Positions 50,518-63,922 of a DNA stretch of 64,000 bases are shown piece after piece. The notes under the pieces were generated by a model, which ran no database searches, was not told the origin of the DNA, and saw only the letters and a list, made by a program, of their open reading frames with translations. A program made the position numbers and the translations under genes. The first letter of the stretch is position 1; each line of letters starts with the position of its first letter. Source of the DNA: Camelus ferus (lineage: Eukaryota); assembly GCF_009834535.1 (NCBI RefSeq), contig NC_045707.1:48176001-48240000 (forward strand). Reading direction: 5' to 3'.

Positions 50518-50894
50518 TGTATTAGTTTGTTAGAGCTGCCATAACAAAGTACCACAGACTAAGAGGCTTAAACAACAGAAAATTTCTCACAGCTCTGGAG
50601 GCTAAAAATCTGAGATGGAGGTTTTGGCAGGGTTTTCTCTGAGGCCTCCCCTTGGCTTGTAGACAGCCATCTCCTCTGTCTTCACATGGTCTTCCCTCTG
50701 TGCATGTCTGTATCCTACCTCATCTTCTCTTCTTACAAGGACACCAGTCTTGTTGGACTCAGCCACCCATATGACTTCATCTTACCTAATTACCTCTTTA
50801 CAGACCTTATCTCCAAATACAGTCACATTCCGAGCTCCTGGGGAATTGGACTTTAACACACAAACTTGGGGAGTATATAATTCAGCCCATAACA
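50518..50894 (-). mobile_element. MLT1A/B-type MaLR solo LTR, full length
   Basis: tgtattagttt...gctgccataacaaagtaccacagact...ttcagcccataaca; 5-bp TSD atagt/ataat (4 of 5 match). Confidence 0.9.
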
Positions 50895-53519
50895 ATAATG
50901 TTCTTTAGCCACTGAGGAATCTGCTGTGGGGAGTCTGGACAGGCCACACGAGTCACGAGGCACTTGGGAAGAACTCACGCTCTTGGCTGCAGCGACGTGA
51001 ATGGGAAGTTCCACGATTATTTTCTCCAGAAGATGGTCTTTAGGGAGTCAACGTGGGAGGGGAGCCTAGCAGAGGAGGACAGTGTATGAGATCAGCAGGC
51101 TGCAAGGGCAGCCCCACATCTCTTTAGAAAGTTGGAACGAACTGAAGGGGTCTCAGAAGGGAGCTGCTTCTCATGTTCTAAGAGGAAAGTGAGTCTTACG
51201 AAAAATGGCAGTGTAGGAAAATCCTTTCACTTCCATTTATCATAAACTGTCCAATGAAACGGTTATGCAAATAGCAAGCAACATGATGGATTAGGATAAT
51301 ATTATTAAGGAATTTAGAAACTTTTTAGGTGGTTCTTGGGAAATGTTTTTGAATAAATAAATGCTGCATTGTCTAGCTCAGGCAGAGACTCACAGGATTT
51401 ATCATACTATTGAAAGGAAAATAAAAGATGGAGAATTTAATGTTCTGAGTGATTTAATGAGGCTGCCCAAGTACACCAATAGAAACTCATTTTTAAGTTA
51501 ACTATTTCCTCATATGACAAAACAATAAACAAAGATTAACAAAAACAATGAATTTTTAAAACAAAACAACAGCAAGATAATGAATTCTCCCAGGGCAGTG
51601 ACTAAAGTGTCCTTTCTCAAAGAGAAGAAAACTGTAAGTACTTACTGCTTAAAGCTGGAATCATGCTTTATTTACATTGCTATTGGAGAATTTTTAAAAG
51701 TTCATTAGGATTGATGGCAGCAGCAGATCGAAGACATTTCCTGTATTTTTCGAATGGCTGATCCAAACATGTTAAGGCAAGCGCTAGAAATGGACTTTCA
51801 GATTTCTGTGGACACCTAAGTGTGTTATGATTCCACTGTGGAGCTTTCTTCCTTTGGTGGGTTATTACTCTTTGTCCTAGCTCAAGCATGTTTAGATGAG
51901 GACATATTTGATGAAAGACATCCCAAAGATCCAACCCATTTTAAAAGGGTTAGAATCTTTCTTCTTAACAGTTCTCTCTTAGTCAGCTGGGAGTATGGCT
52001 TATGACACGGGCTTCATGAAGCAGGTGTCTGAGATTGTGAAGCTGGGACTATTACAGGAGAACTTTTAGAATTTTCCCTGAAAACAGTCAATAGCAAACT
52101 CTGGCTCCCAGGCTCCTTTAAGGGGAAAGCTGAACGGCTATGATCTCTCAGCTGTGCAACAGTGACGTGTGTTATGTTTGGCTGGGAGTGGTGCCTTTAC
52201 TTTTAGTATGAGAACTTGAAGTAAATTCAAATTCTCCATTGTTTAAAATGTTGAGATACAAATATTTCTGAGAGGAAAATGGCTTCTTAAAAATATTTAT
52301 AATAATTAGGCATGCCCTGGGATTTGCTTGCAGAACAATTCAGAAACTTAAGACTTGTGCATTCATTCCTGTGGGAATTTGATTACTTTTAGATGGTTTT
52401 CTAGATTTAAACATAGGGAGATGATTTTAAAAATTACTTTTCTGACTAACTTATGCTGAGCTATAACCAGAGATAACACAGGTTATTATAATATTCTTTT
52501 ATTAAGGCATTTATTTAAATCTACTGTTGAGCCCTCCTACTGATGCATTTTGATGGGCTGATGAGTTATGATGCAAGCCATTAGGGAAATTAAAGTCTTC
52601 TAGACACAATGTTCTGGGAAATTATTTACTTACAATCAAGGCAACATGAGATCTATTTTTCTAATACTGGACAAATGTCATCAATAGTGGTACTTTTCAA
52701 GCAATATGTGTCTTGGAATAGAAAAATACACCTTCTGATTTTTAATTTTAATAACAAGTTTATGCTTAATTCCAGTCTCTGGGTTATTCATTACCATGCA
52801 TCCTAGGCAAGCAATTGAAAACTGATCAATAACACATTTTCCAACTGGCCCATGAATGACCTTTGGCAAGTTATTCATCTTCTCTGCTACTCAGTGTCCT
52901 TATGTTTCTGATAAGAGATTAGATAAGGTTCCAAAATAGACTTTGTTTTGGTTGGTCTGGGAATAGCCCAAGTGTCCCTAGGCTTTCAAAACCCCTCAGG
53001 TGATTCCATCAGCAGTGAAGACTGAGATCCACCCTACTAGATAATGTTAAACTTCTAACTCTACTAGTTTATGATTCAACAATGTATGTTTATTGTAATG
53101 GTGGATCATCAACTTTTTATTACTGGAGATAAAATTTGCACTTTTGCCAAGGTGAGAGAATGGAAGTGAGGGTTGGCATTTCACCCTGCTTTCAGTCTGA
53201 GAATCCCTGAAGGCTGGCATATGATGTTGGTAGAGGGACTGAAGGAATGGAGCAGGGCTAGGAGAGCTGAACTGAGAGGATGCTATGAATTCCAGGGACT
53301 TTGGGGACCCTGAAGTAAAAATCACTGAAAGAAAGTTGCAGGATCAGTAGTGAATGGTAAACGTTGGATTTTTCAGATATGATGACACTTACCTGAGAGA
53401 CTCTGCAAATCCTAGGATCTTCCAGAAAAGAAGTAAACTAAAATATCTGAATATATATCTTGACATTCTTGAATTACAAAATCACACAAACTTCTAAAAA
53501 TAAAAGAAAAATACAAGGC

Positions 53520-54180
53520 AGTAAGAAAAGAAAGTAAAAGTGCCCTGTCTCTGCCAAACTCAACCTGCTGCTTCCAGAAGGAGCCACTGCTTACACTGTG
53601 AAGTGAATCCTAGCAGATGTTTCCTCTGCATAACAATTCTATAAAATATTCATGAAATCTATCCACTGATTTGTTTTTAAAAGTAAGATTAGAATCATCA
53701 TTCCCTTTGCCCCACCTGTTTCCCTCATCGAATATACTGAAAGGATATATAATATCTGTCAAACCATGTTGTAGTTCATTCCTTTAAAGGCTGTTCAGGA
53801 TTTTTGTTGAAAGGATGTACCATAACTTAATAAACCAGTTCTCTCATGGTGGACATTTAAATCATTTCTGGTTCTTTGTACCTATGAAACAGTAGTGAAT
53901 ATTCTTATTCATATATATATGATCAACTGGGCAACTATTTTTGTAGAGTAAATCCAGGGATCTAAAATTCTTGGGAGAAATGGATTTAGAGTGTAGATAA
54001 ATGTCCAAATTGTCATTCCAAAGTGTGGTATTATTGAATAAGGCCATCAGGACTGTATGGGGTTTCTGTTTTGTCACAACTATACCAACCTGGAGAGTTA
54101 CTAATATTTTGGATCTTCACCATTTTGATAGGGGAATTGTTATTTTGCAGCTTTAATTTGCATTTCTTTAATTATCAGTA
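53520..54180 (-). mobile_element. Old L1ME-like fragment
   Basis: ggatgtaccataactt...ggtggacatttaaatcatttc...tttaatttgcatttctt. Confidence 0.65.
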
Positions 54181-56548
54181 TAATGTTTTCTAAATAAGGA
54201 AATTTATAAAGAGACTCCTACTCACCTACCAACAAAAAAATATTACATAAGTTTTCTAGTTAGATGGTAATAAAAGAAAACAACTCAAAGGATATATTGG
54301 AAGAATTTTAGGCAAAATGCAGGCATTAATTTGCATTTTCTAATCAGAAATGCATTTATTTCTCTCTTTGTCCTCTGTGGCTCTCCAATTTGAATATTCA
54401 GCAGGAGAAGAAGGCTGACTGAATGCTTAGATTTAACAACAATAGTTAAACATACTCCTTTTCTTATGATTCTGCTCCAGCTTTCTAAGGTGAAACATTT
54501 CAAACAAAGTAAATCTTAATTTTGGATTCAGATGGCTCACTGCTGAAATCATTATGAACACAGTGGAAATGGGAAACTTTTCAGAATATCTTACCTCTGT
54601 AGACAAATTGGCACTTTCAAAGAACATTAGCACAATGTGGGGCCCAGGCATCATTTCCATCACCTCTTTCCCAGCCTTGTCAAAGCCAAGGTGAATGGCT
54701 GCCCCATACTGACCATGGCCCTCAACATGAACTTCCTGGGCTGGCTGGCAGGCAGGCACCATATTTTCCAAAATGATCTGTCCTGGAACATTTGCTCTCT
54801 CACCAGGCTCTCCTTTTCCCTTTTTCCTGTCCTCCCTTCTTTTATCCTTCCAGCCTCTCACTATTCTTCTAGCACAAGTGCCCCTTGCTGCAGGAAGCAA
54901 CCGTCTTCAACCAGTGTAGTCACACATCTGTCCCATGGGACGTCCATAAAGCAGAACACCCCACCCCCTACTGCAGCCTCACTCCCTCTCTTCCTCCCTC
55001 CTCTATCTCAGCCGCAGGCCCTGTGCTAGCAGGCTCTTTCCCTTTGTCCTACATTAGTTTATCAAAAATCTGGTCCCTTTAGTCAGCCGTAAATGTCCAA
55101 GAGCATGCACTTGGAACAGGCCGCTTCTCTTGGTGCCAAGCAGAGCGGTATGCATGATGAATTATGAAACCCTTTTCCGGATAAGTTTAGCATCTCTGGT
55201 TCTGCCAGGGCACTGGACCAATGAATGGGAACATGTGTGACAAATCAGAAAATCCTTCTTGGGAAATGCTTGGGAGGAGAAATCTGCAATCTGCTACTGT
55301 GACAAACTGAAGGCCTGATGAAGGTCCTTCGGGGATGACCTGAAAACAATCCACTTCTTATTTATGTCTTAAATTTATAGATTGCTTAAGATTTAGCTAA
55401 TACAGTCCAGGTTTGGTTTTTAAAACACCCACAACAAACTCTGTCTCCATGTTTGGTTTTATGTATTACCTCTGTGCGTGAGTTAAATATCTACTGATGC
55501 CTGTAAGCACAAATACTAGTTTGATGAGAAGGATTAATGCTTTCATCTGTTTTAGACAGTACATACCATGTGACCTTTTGCATGCTCTCCACCTCTAGGG
55601 ACAGGCTATGCAGGACTCACTGTTAAGCTGTTAGAAGGGTTTCCATTCTGCCCACGTGAACACACACTCTGGGTCTTGGTTTTGTACAGACGTGACAAGC
55701 TCAGCCACCACCAGATTTTCTTCCCTCTGTTCTTTTTTCTTGTGATCACAAGACGGAGAACCCAGGTTTGCTGAGCCAGGTGTTTTGAGTACGAAACATA
55801 TACTTGTACACAGGAGCACTCCTCAATTTCTCAACACTCATAAATTATTCAACTTGGGTTTTCCCTCCATGCACTAGGGCCAGGTTTCTCTTTTCTCCCT
55901 TCTACCAGAAAGGAGGGAAGAGCTTTCTTTCTCTCTCTTTCTCTCTCTCTCTCTCTTTTTTTTTTTTTAATAAATTCCCTTTTTATTGCAACTATGTTTT
56001 TTAATGGAATGTTTGTTGGCATCATTTTTAGATTGCTTGACACACACATCTCACACAGAGATGGTTAAAGTCCATCAGTCACCCCTCTCCATGACTACCC
56101 TCTATCACCTTGATAATGGGATAAAAACCCTAAATAGATTGAACACTTTTTCTTGGCACTCTCTTGATGCACCATTCAGTGAGAGAATAATTTTACAGCA
56201 TTTGGCTTCATTCATGGTAGCTATTTCAATTTAGCACATACTGGGTGGATTTAACCTGGCATCCTGTATTTAATTTGGTGACTCTAGCTGATACCCCCTT
56301 CCTTGCCTATTACCATGTTATGATACTTGTTTGTGTCCTTTAACATAGAAGAAAAAAAAAGTTGAACAGGGAGCATTACAAAGCCTGAGAAAACTGTAAA
56401 CTTTGTGAAGCAAACAACTCTATTGATCCTGTTCCCTGTTGTATCCTCAGAGCCTCCCCCCTGGAGGCGCTTCACAAGTATTTCCCAGATGAACCAAAAC
56501 ATGGTAAATACTGAGCAAACTCCCATGCATGTCTCCATTTTACCTTGG

Positions 56549-56714
56549 ATCAAGTCAAACTTTTTTTGGTAAAGGGCCAGATAGTAAATAGGAAATGTTT
56601 TAGGCTTTGTGGGCTGTTTGGTCTCTTGTTACGGTCGTTCAACTTTACCAGCGTGATAGCAGCTGTAGACAGTACGTAAACAAATGAGCATGGCTGTGTT
56701 GTAACAGAACTTTA
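56549..56714. mobile_element. MER58A (hAT-Charlie), truncated
   Basis: caaactttt...gtaaagggccagatagtaaata...ttaggctttgtgggc...taaacaaatgagcatggctgtgtt. Confidence 0.85.
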
Positions 56715-56962
56715 CATTGTCCCTCTATATCCACGTGTTCCACATCTGTGGATTCAACCAACCTCGGATCAACAATATTAAAAAAAAATCCAGAAAATTC
56801 TAAAAGCAAACTTCGAATTTGACACACACCAGCAACTACTTACATAGCATTTACATTGTATTTACAATTATTTACATAGAAATTACATTGTATTAGGTAT
56901 TGTAAGTAATCTAGAGATGACTTAACCTATTTGGGAGGATGTGCATAGATTATGTGCAAATA
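56715..56962. mobile_element. MER2 (TcMar-Tigger), one end missing, beginning at a TA inside MER58A
   Basis: ccctctatatccacgtgttccacatctgtggattcaaccaacctcggatc...taagtaatctagagatga...ggaggatgtgcatag. Confidence 0.85.
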
Positions 56963-58701
56963 TCTCAATGAGAGCACTTCTGTTCATTCCTTGATTCCAG
57001 AAATAATATTTCCTCAGAGGAATGGGTCAGTGAATGAGATGTAGTCTCTTTGTTCTCTGAACATTACTCAGGGTCCCTGGGGTTCCAAATAATTCATGTC
57101 TAGACACCAACAACTGGAGCCTCCTGAGACATTTGGAGTCAGAAGGAGGTGAACAGTGAGTCTGTAGGTTCTGATCAGTATTTAAATCCGAGGGAATCAA
57201 ATGGAAGCTTCTCTCTGCATAATTTGCCCTGGCCATACACATTGGTCAAACAATACTCAGCCTTAATTTTGAGAGCAGTGGGGAGGGAGTCTCAGTGCCT
57301 GTGGAACGGGATCCCACAGGCAAGGGCGTGAGAAGCCCCGTATGTTGTGGGGTCGGGTGGGGGCAAGGCTGGCTGCTACTGGGATCTCAGGGATTCATGG
57401 GTACAACCTGTCCCACCAGAAAGGAGACAGAATTTCTATGAGCACGGCTGCTAAACAATCTTGTACAGATACAAATAAACCACAAAGGCAGAGGCAGAAT
57501 GTAAAGAAAATACTTTTCATGGTGAGAAAGGAATTTATTTGAGATCTCCAGTCATTACTGCTTTTTTGTTTTTGTTTTTTCCTTTTCAAGCAATAATTTT
57601 TCTCTACTTTCTTTAATTCTTTACCTGTTTAGGCATGGAGTGTTTTCCTGTTTTATAAATGTCTCTCTTTTTTCACACTGGGGAAGAATGTGGTTTTTCA
57701 TATATAAACATTTTTCATAGCCATGTGTTTTTCTCCAGTCTCTATTCATGCTCCTCTCTCCATGAACTACCTCTTTCTTCCTCAACTGCTGTTCCCCTAA
57801 TGATTTAGCCCAGGTCCTACTTCCTCCACCACGTCTTTCAGGACTGTGACTGTGTCTGTCACCACATCCATGGAATTGTAGGGTAATTATCTCTTTGTGT
57901 GAGTTCTTTGTATTCCTCTCCTTTTGTTACACCATGCTTTCCACGTGGGTAGCCTTCACACGAATAAGATTTGAAACAAGGCTCATAGAGGTTAAATGTG
58001 GCCAAAGCTAGAGAGGTAGAACGTGGCAGATGGAGGATTCTGGCCTGAATGCTCTCCTGTTCCCCAAACCACTGCCTCTTCAGATTAACCTACTTTAAAA
58101 GTCCAGGAATGCTGGCCATCTGTGGCAGACAGTTCAGTAAGAACAACATTCCATCCTTTCTACTGAGTTTTTCATCTTTCTTGCTATTTTCACTCTTCTA
58201 GCCAAGGCAACCATCTGGTTCCTTAAAGAGAATCCCCAGGTGGAGCTGATGGAACATATTCCCAGGATGCTTCTTGTTCCCTGCTGGCTTCTTTGTATGG
58301 GCCCCTTTCATGGGAAGGATCTCTTCTGCTTGTGCCTGCCCCAACTACCCCATCTCCCAAGGCTAACCCCCCTCATTGGATCTCCCTGTCCACAAACCCC
58401 CAGAAACTGGAGATTCTCTCTTCAGCATCCCTGTGTTCTATCGCAGAGATGTTACTATAACACAGCAATGTAATATTAACAGAACTGCTTAAATATATAT
58501 TATATAAACGAACACACACACAGATCCAGTGATAATATAACAGTGTATCACTGAAACGGTCTTAAGGTTTGACTGATATTAACAAAGAGAGTTGGGTCTC
58601 TTCCTATATTCAAGGGCAGTCACATAAATAGCCCATGTTGGTTTGTGATTTGCTGGTTTTCCTAAAATTCTAACATTGTTTGGGAGAATAGAATCATGGT
58701 T

Positions 58702-58707
<6 letters not shown>

Positions 58708-58749
<42 letters not shown>
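58708..58749. repeat. (AC)21 microsatellite
   Basis: Directly visible, perfect repeat. Confidence 0.95.
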
Positions 58750-58751
<2 letters not shown>

Positions 58752-58839
58752 ATGCCATTCAGCCTAGAGGACAGCTTCACTGAGTTAGAAGTGCTTGAGA
58801 AAGAAGCAGGCTGACACTGATAACAGCTAGAATCTAGAC

Positions 58840-59052
58840 CAACACTGTCCAGTAGAACTTTTTGCAATGATGGAAATGTTCTGTATCTGCGGTGTCCAAT
58901 ACAATAGTTACTGGCCCCTTGTGGCTATAAAGTCCTTGAAATGTAGTTAGTGTGATGGAAGAACTGCTATTTTTTTAATGTCTTTTAACTTATTAAAATT
59001 AATTGAAATGTGAATAGGCACATATGGTTAGTGGATGCTGTGTTGGACAAAG
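58840..59052. mobile_element. MER3 (hAT-Charlie)
   Basis: cactgtccagtagaactttttgcaatgatggaaatgttctgtatctg...tgtgttggaca. Confidence 0.85.
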
Positions 59053-59414
59053 GAGATTTACAGCATCTGCTCTCATTATTTTAACATAGGGGTTTATATC
59101 ACTCTTACTCTTGGATGTTTGAATGATAACAGACAGAAGATATAAACAATTTTATGTTGTTAGAATACCTCTCCATAAGTTTCCCACTTGAGAACAACCT
59201 TGGCAACAATTCTTGGGGGACCTTAAAAGCTGGATAAGCTTTATGAGAGGGGAAAATGACTAAGTTGTTGGAAAAAAAATAAAGAAACCTTTAAGTATAA
59301 TCCATATAGTCCAAATATTTTTTCACAAACTCTCCAGAGTTGTGCTGTGTGTGTGAGGAGAAAGAATTTATCTTTATGTGGAAGCTCACCGGAGGCTCAG
59401 AGGAGGGTGGATCC

Positions 59415-59615
59415 AGGAACAGAGTCCTGAGTCCCAGCGGCGGGCTGTAGCACATGACGCTGGGTAACTCACTCAATCTCGTCGGACTTCTGGTACCTCA
59501 TCTGTACCTTAGGAATGACAGCAACACCTATCCACATTATCCACAATTTCTGGGATTATGAGCTAAAATAGAAGCAATGACTTTGTGAAATACTATGTGG
59601 ATGATAGTTGTTGAA
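59415..59615 (+). mobile_element. MIR SINE
   Basis: gtcctgagtcccagc...catgacgctgggtaactcactcaatctc...cctcatctgta. Confidence 0.6.
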
Positions 59616-62600
59616 ATTTTAATTAAGACTATCACCATTCTGCAATCCGTCCAAAGTAATTCAGTGTGGGCATTAGCACCTGAATTGTAAAGTAATTCTG
59701 GAAAAGGGAGCAATTATACTACTAAGCATGGTAGGGTTTGCTTTCATATTACCCCACAGACATGTCTGTGTGTGTGTTAGTGGACTCTATAGTTACACAA
59801 AGCAATCTTGTTCTGGAAATGAAATCTTAACATATATGCCTCTCTTTTCTGTCCAAGTTTCTTCAATTGTAAGATTTCCCTCCTCTGTTTTCATAGTAAA
59901 AGGGTACTTCAGAAAAAGCATGATAAGCTCTTTACTTTATTTCTCATGACTCACCCACTATCCTGTTTTGTAATCTTCTGTCCTTGGGGCAAAGTCTCCA
60001 ACACAAGTGACATCTCTGATCTGGGAGACTTAAAGATTGAGGAAGATGGAGAATATTACCGCATTTAGTCAAAATGTCTTATCCCCTGTAAGCTTTACTG
60101 TTCTTACTTATGGGGACAGTAATAATTTCGGATACTTAACTATTGCTTTTTATTATTTTTTTCTGCTGCTGTGTAAATGCATCTCTCAAGTCATCCCCAA
60201 ATGACAATAAATTATTCCAAAGGTAGGGGGATATGCACCCTCTTTCTTATTTTACATACTTGGGGAATGTCTAAGTGAATTTTCAGTTTCTTTCATTCCA
60301 CTTCAAAACACTTTTATTAAAAAAACAATTTTTTTATTATGGTCACCTATTAAAGTTTTTAAAATGTGAATTTTTCACTCATAGCTACTATATTTGATTT
60401 ATATTTTCAAATTTCTAGGCTGATATCTAAATACTCTTTTGACAAATAAATGGAATAGTTTTCAAAACAGTCTATTTTGGTGTATATACTTTAAGGCCTA
60501 TGGAACAACCGACACACAGCTTAGTATGTTTGTAAGCATTTAATAACGAAAGTGCTGCTTCGTTCTACACAGTGAATCAGAGAATGCCTTGGCAACTCAA
60601 TTTCTGCCATTTTGAGATTATATATTTCATATACATATATATATATAGGCTTCTAGCCAAGCCCAGAATCTAAGTATTTTATGAGCTTATCTATAAATAT
60701 ATTTTAAAAATATTATGCCATTCTGTAACATGTGCCATAAATACTTGTAACTTAGAGCCTTTCACTATAAGTTCTCTGAAATTTAACACCATAGATGAAT
60801 ATTCCAATAGGAGTTAATACAGATGAAGCCATCTTTGCAATATGTGAATCACGAGGACATGTTTTACTCTTTAGGATGTATGTCGGTTGATCTAAGTTAT
60901 AACATGCATGTAAGACTCTGAGAACACAAAATTGAATGGGATTTCTCCTTTGCTCTCCTGCATATCAGATATTATGCAGCTATGACAATATGAATATTTG
61001 TAAAAATTTGTTGAAAACTCTAGAAGCCAGTAAGCAAATCTATAGCCCATTCTCTGGATTGATCAAAGGCAACATGTAAGGATACCAGTACCATACAACG
61101 AGGTTTTAATGATTAGCTACTTTATAACGAGAGAAGAGTGAAAAGTAGCAAATTTTCTTTGGCAAATCTAGTTCCTTCTATATATATACTTAGCTATGTA
61201 TATACACAGCATCATACACTTGCTCCTTGGAATTGTGTAAAATCAGGGAATAGCATATTGATTCCACTGAGTAATGAGAGTTAAAGTTAGGTAATAGAAA
61301 ACTTTGGAAAATCTTGAGTTCCAACTCCAGACAAGACTGAGTACCGACTTTTTTTTTGATTGTAAAGTGCATGTGTTACCCCTCCTTCAATTCAGAGAAA
61401 TCAAAGATGGGAACTGGGGATGTTTGCTTGGCTAAGCACAGACCCAGGTGGCATTTAGTAGATTATGGCTGCAATGTCCTAAATGGTACTTTAGTGCTTG
61501 AATGAGTCAGTGTGACTGAAAATATCTCACACCCAGGGACTGGATGGGTCAGGCTAAGTAAACATTAGCAATATCAGATGATTACCAAAAAATATCCAAA
61601 CTCTCAAGAAACTCATCAACAATCTGGGCCAAGAAATCTCAGTGGGACTGGCTCACAGGTTGTGTGGTTGGTGAGGAAGTGAGTGAGCATCAGTCCTAAA
61701 CACTGAGGGAAATACTCCTCTTACTTTCTTCAGGGCACACAGTAGACATGTACCCTTCTATAACACCAGTGCCTTTCCTGGGGTCATCTAGAGTTTAACT
61801 CAGGAAAGGTCATCCATTTGTGTCTCTTGCTTATTTGGAGGCTGGCGTGATAGTCATTCACAGGTTTTTGTTTTATGATGGATTTTGATTGACATATTTC
61901 TTCATTTGCCTATTATCTGAGATGATAGCTCAAAAAAATGTTAACTCTTATATCCAGTCTTGATGACTCAACATTCTAAATGTTAGGAATGTAACTTGAG
62001 AACACTGGAATATACAATTAAGTTAAAGAAACTTGACTTTTTTTTTTTTAAATCAAGATGAGATTGCCAGATGAGATAAGTGCAAAAATGCAAATATTGT
62101 CCTGCTGAGTGAGAGGTTTTAGTACAGGCATGACCAGTTTGACCAAAGCCCTCATTCTAGAAATCTTTCATAACACAAGCCTGTCTGTCATTACGTGAAT
62201 TCCACAACATCTGTTCCGTGGAACAGCAGAGTGGTGCCTGAGGTCTAGCTATACCAGAGTAAATTTCACTTTGATTAAAATGCAAATAGCATGGAAAGCT
62301 CAGGGTTTAGAGAGGTCCTATCAGACAATTAAAACTATCTTTCTTTTCAAATAGATTGCTAAATGAAATGTCTTGTCAGGAATGGGTATAATTTACCTGG
62401 CACTTCTAGGACTTAGTGTATTTCTGGATAATTTCTTAACTATCGGTGAAGATTTGAATATTACATTTTCTTTCAGAAATTGAGCTATTAAGACATATAT
62501 TCAAGTATAAGACAGTAAATAGAATATTCTTAAACTATTTTAAAATATATTCTGCAAGCAGGATTTAAATGCTTCTATAGTTTTTCCTTTTGAACAGATT

Positions 62601-63769
62601 TGTGTGTTTAAATTATATTTTTCCAAAACAAGTTGAATTGCTCATTCTTAAGAATTAGATAAGTACAGATTTTTTAAAATCGTCTTTAAAAAAAAAGCGC
62701 TAGGTAAAATTATAAAACAGTCCTTTGGCAGACAATCTAAAACTTCACTGCAAACAGCATGGTTTGATTAAACTCTTTTTCATCGGCTCTGTGTTTGTGT
62801 GTGTTTGTGTGTGTGTGTGTACTTGAATATCAATGATCTTAGTTTTTTTAAAAAACAGGTTTTCCCTTCATAATGCTTTATTTCAATGGCAAAAAAACAA
62901 AAAAAACAAAAAAAACAATGACTTTAGAGAGATTAGCACTGCAGAGTGAAAGGTTTGACACAAGGAGATAAAAGCCAGGAAAGAAAAGGAAGAGAGGAGT
63001 GGACCCAGGTGCGTGTTGGAGAGTGTTGCACTTGTCACTAGGGAAGAGGCACACGTGACATGTCCTGTATTTCATGTGCAACTGGCCAAAGACGTTATTT
63101 TTAAATGGTATGTAGTTCCTTGGGAATCATTTGCTTTCCATTCTTATGTTCAAATTAGGTTTTTGTTTTTTGTTTTTTGTTTTTCTCAAAGCAGGGAATA
63201 TCTCATCCCTTTCAGACCTCCAGGGAAGGCATGGAGGTTGGAGGCATGAGGACACTAAACAGCCAAATTATGTCGTAGGCACAGATTCCATTCTTCAGCG
63301 GTAACCTAGCTAGCTTCCTGTGGAAAGTATGTCCCTAGCATCGGGACCTGGCCTGTCATTCTGTTCTGACTGAAAAGCATGTCCAATTAAGAGAGGTTTA
63401 GACACAGGGAGTGATGGCAGCTTATGAATGCAGAAGTTCTGATTTGAGGGCAATCATTTATTTACATCATGGATGGACTTTTCTCTTTAAAGCACAGTTT
63501 TGAGGTTCTCTTCCCAGGAAACTTATCCAAGTGTATACTTGAAAGGCTAACTGTCAGGATTCCTGGCTTGGTTTCCCAGAACTGTTTTTCACCTTATGCA
63601 AAATCACAGATGGGTGTCAACGTTTCTGTGAATGAGACAGTCTATTGTGTGAAATAATGAGCTTCTAGCTTTCATGCTCCAACACAATTCCAGGATCAAG
63701 TCATTTCGTTTTTCAATAACAAAGGCGATAGGCATGATCACTTGCAAGAGTTACGGGATAGAACCACTG

Positions 63770-63922
63770 TTAAGCAAGGTATGTAAGTTCTTGAGGTCTC
63801 TGTTTCTCCACCTGTACCATGAGGGTAATAACGCCCTCCTAAAACATCGTTTTGAGGGTTAAGGAGAAAATATATGTGATCCCATAGAAGTACTTAATAA
63901 ACGAGAATTACTCTCATTAGTA
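63770..63922 (+). mobile_element. MIR fragment
   Basis: ctctgtttctccacctgtaccatgagggtaataac...ttttgagggttaag...acttaataaa. Confidence 0.6.

Noticed and set aside
54433..55029. Overlapping 155-aa (-) and 130-aa (+) ORFs
   Set aside because: Non-ATG starts, no recognisable domain, low-complexity purine tract; expected by chance in a GC-richer patch.
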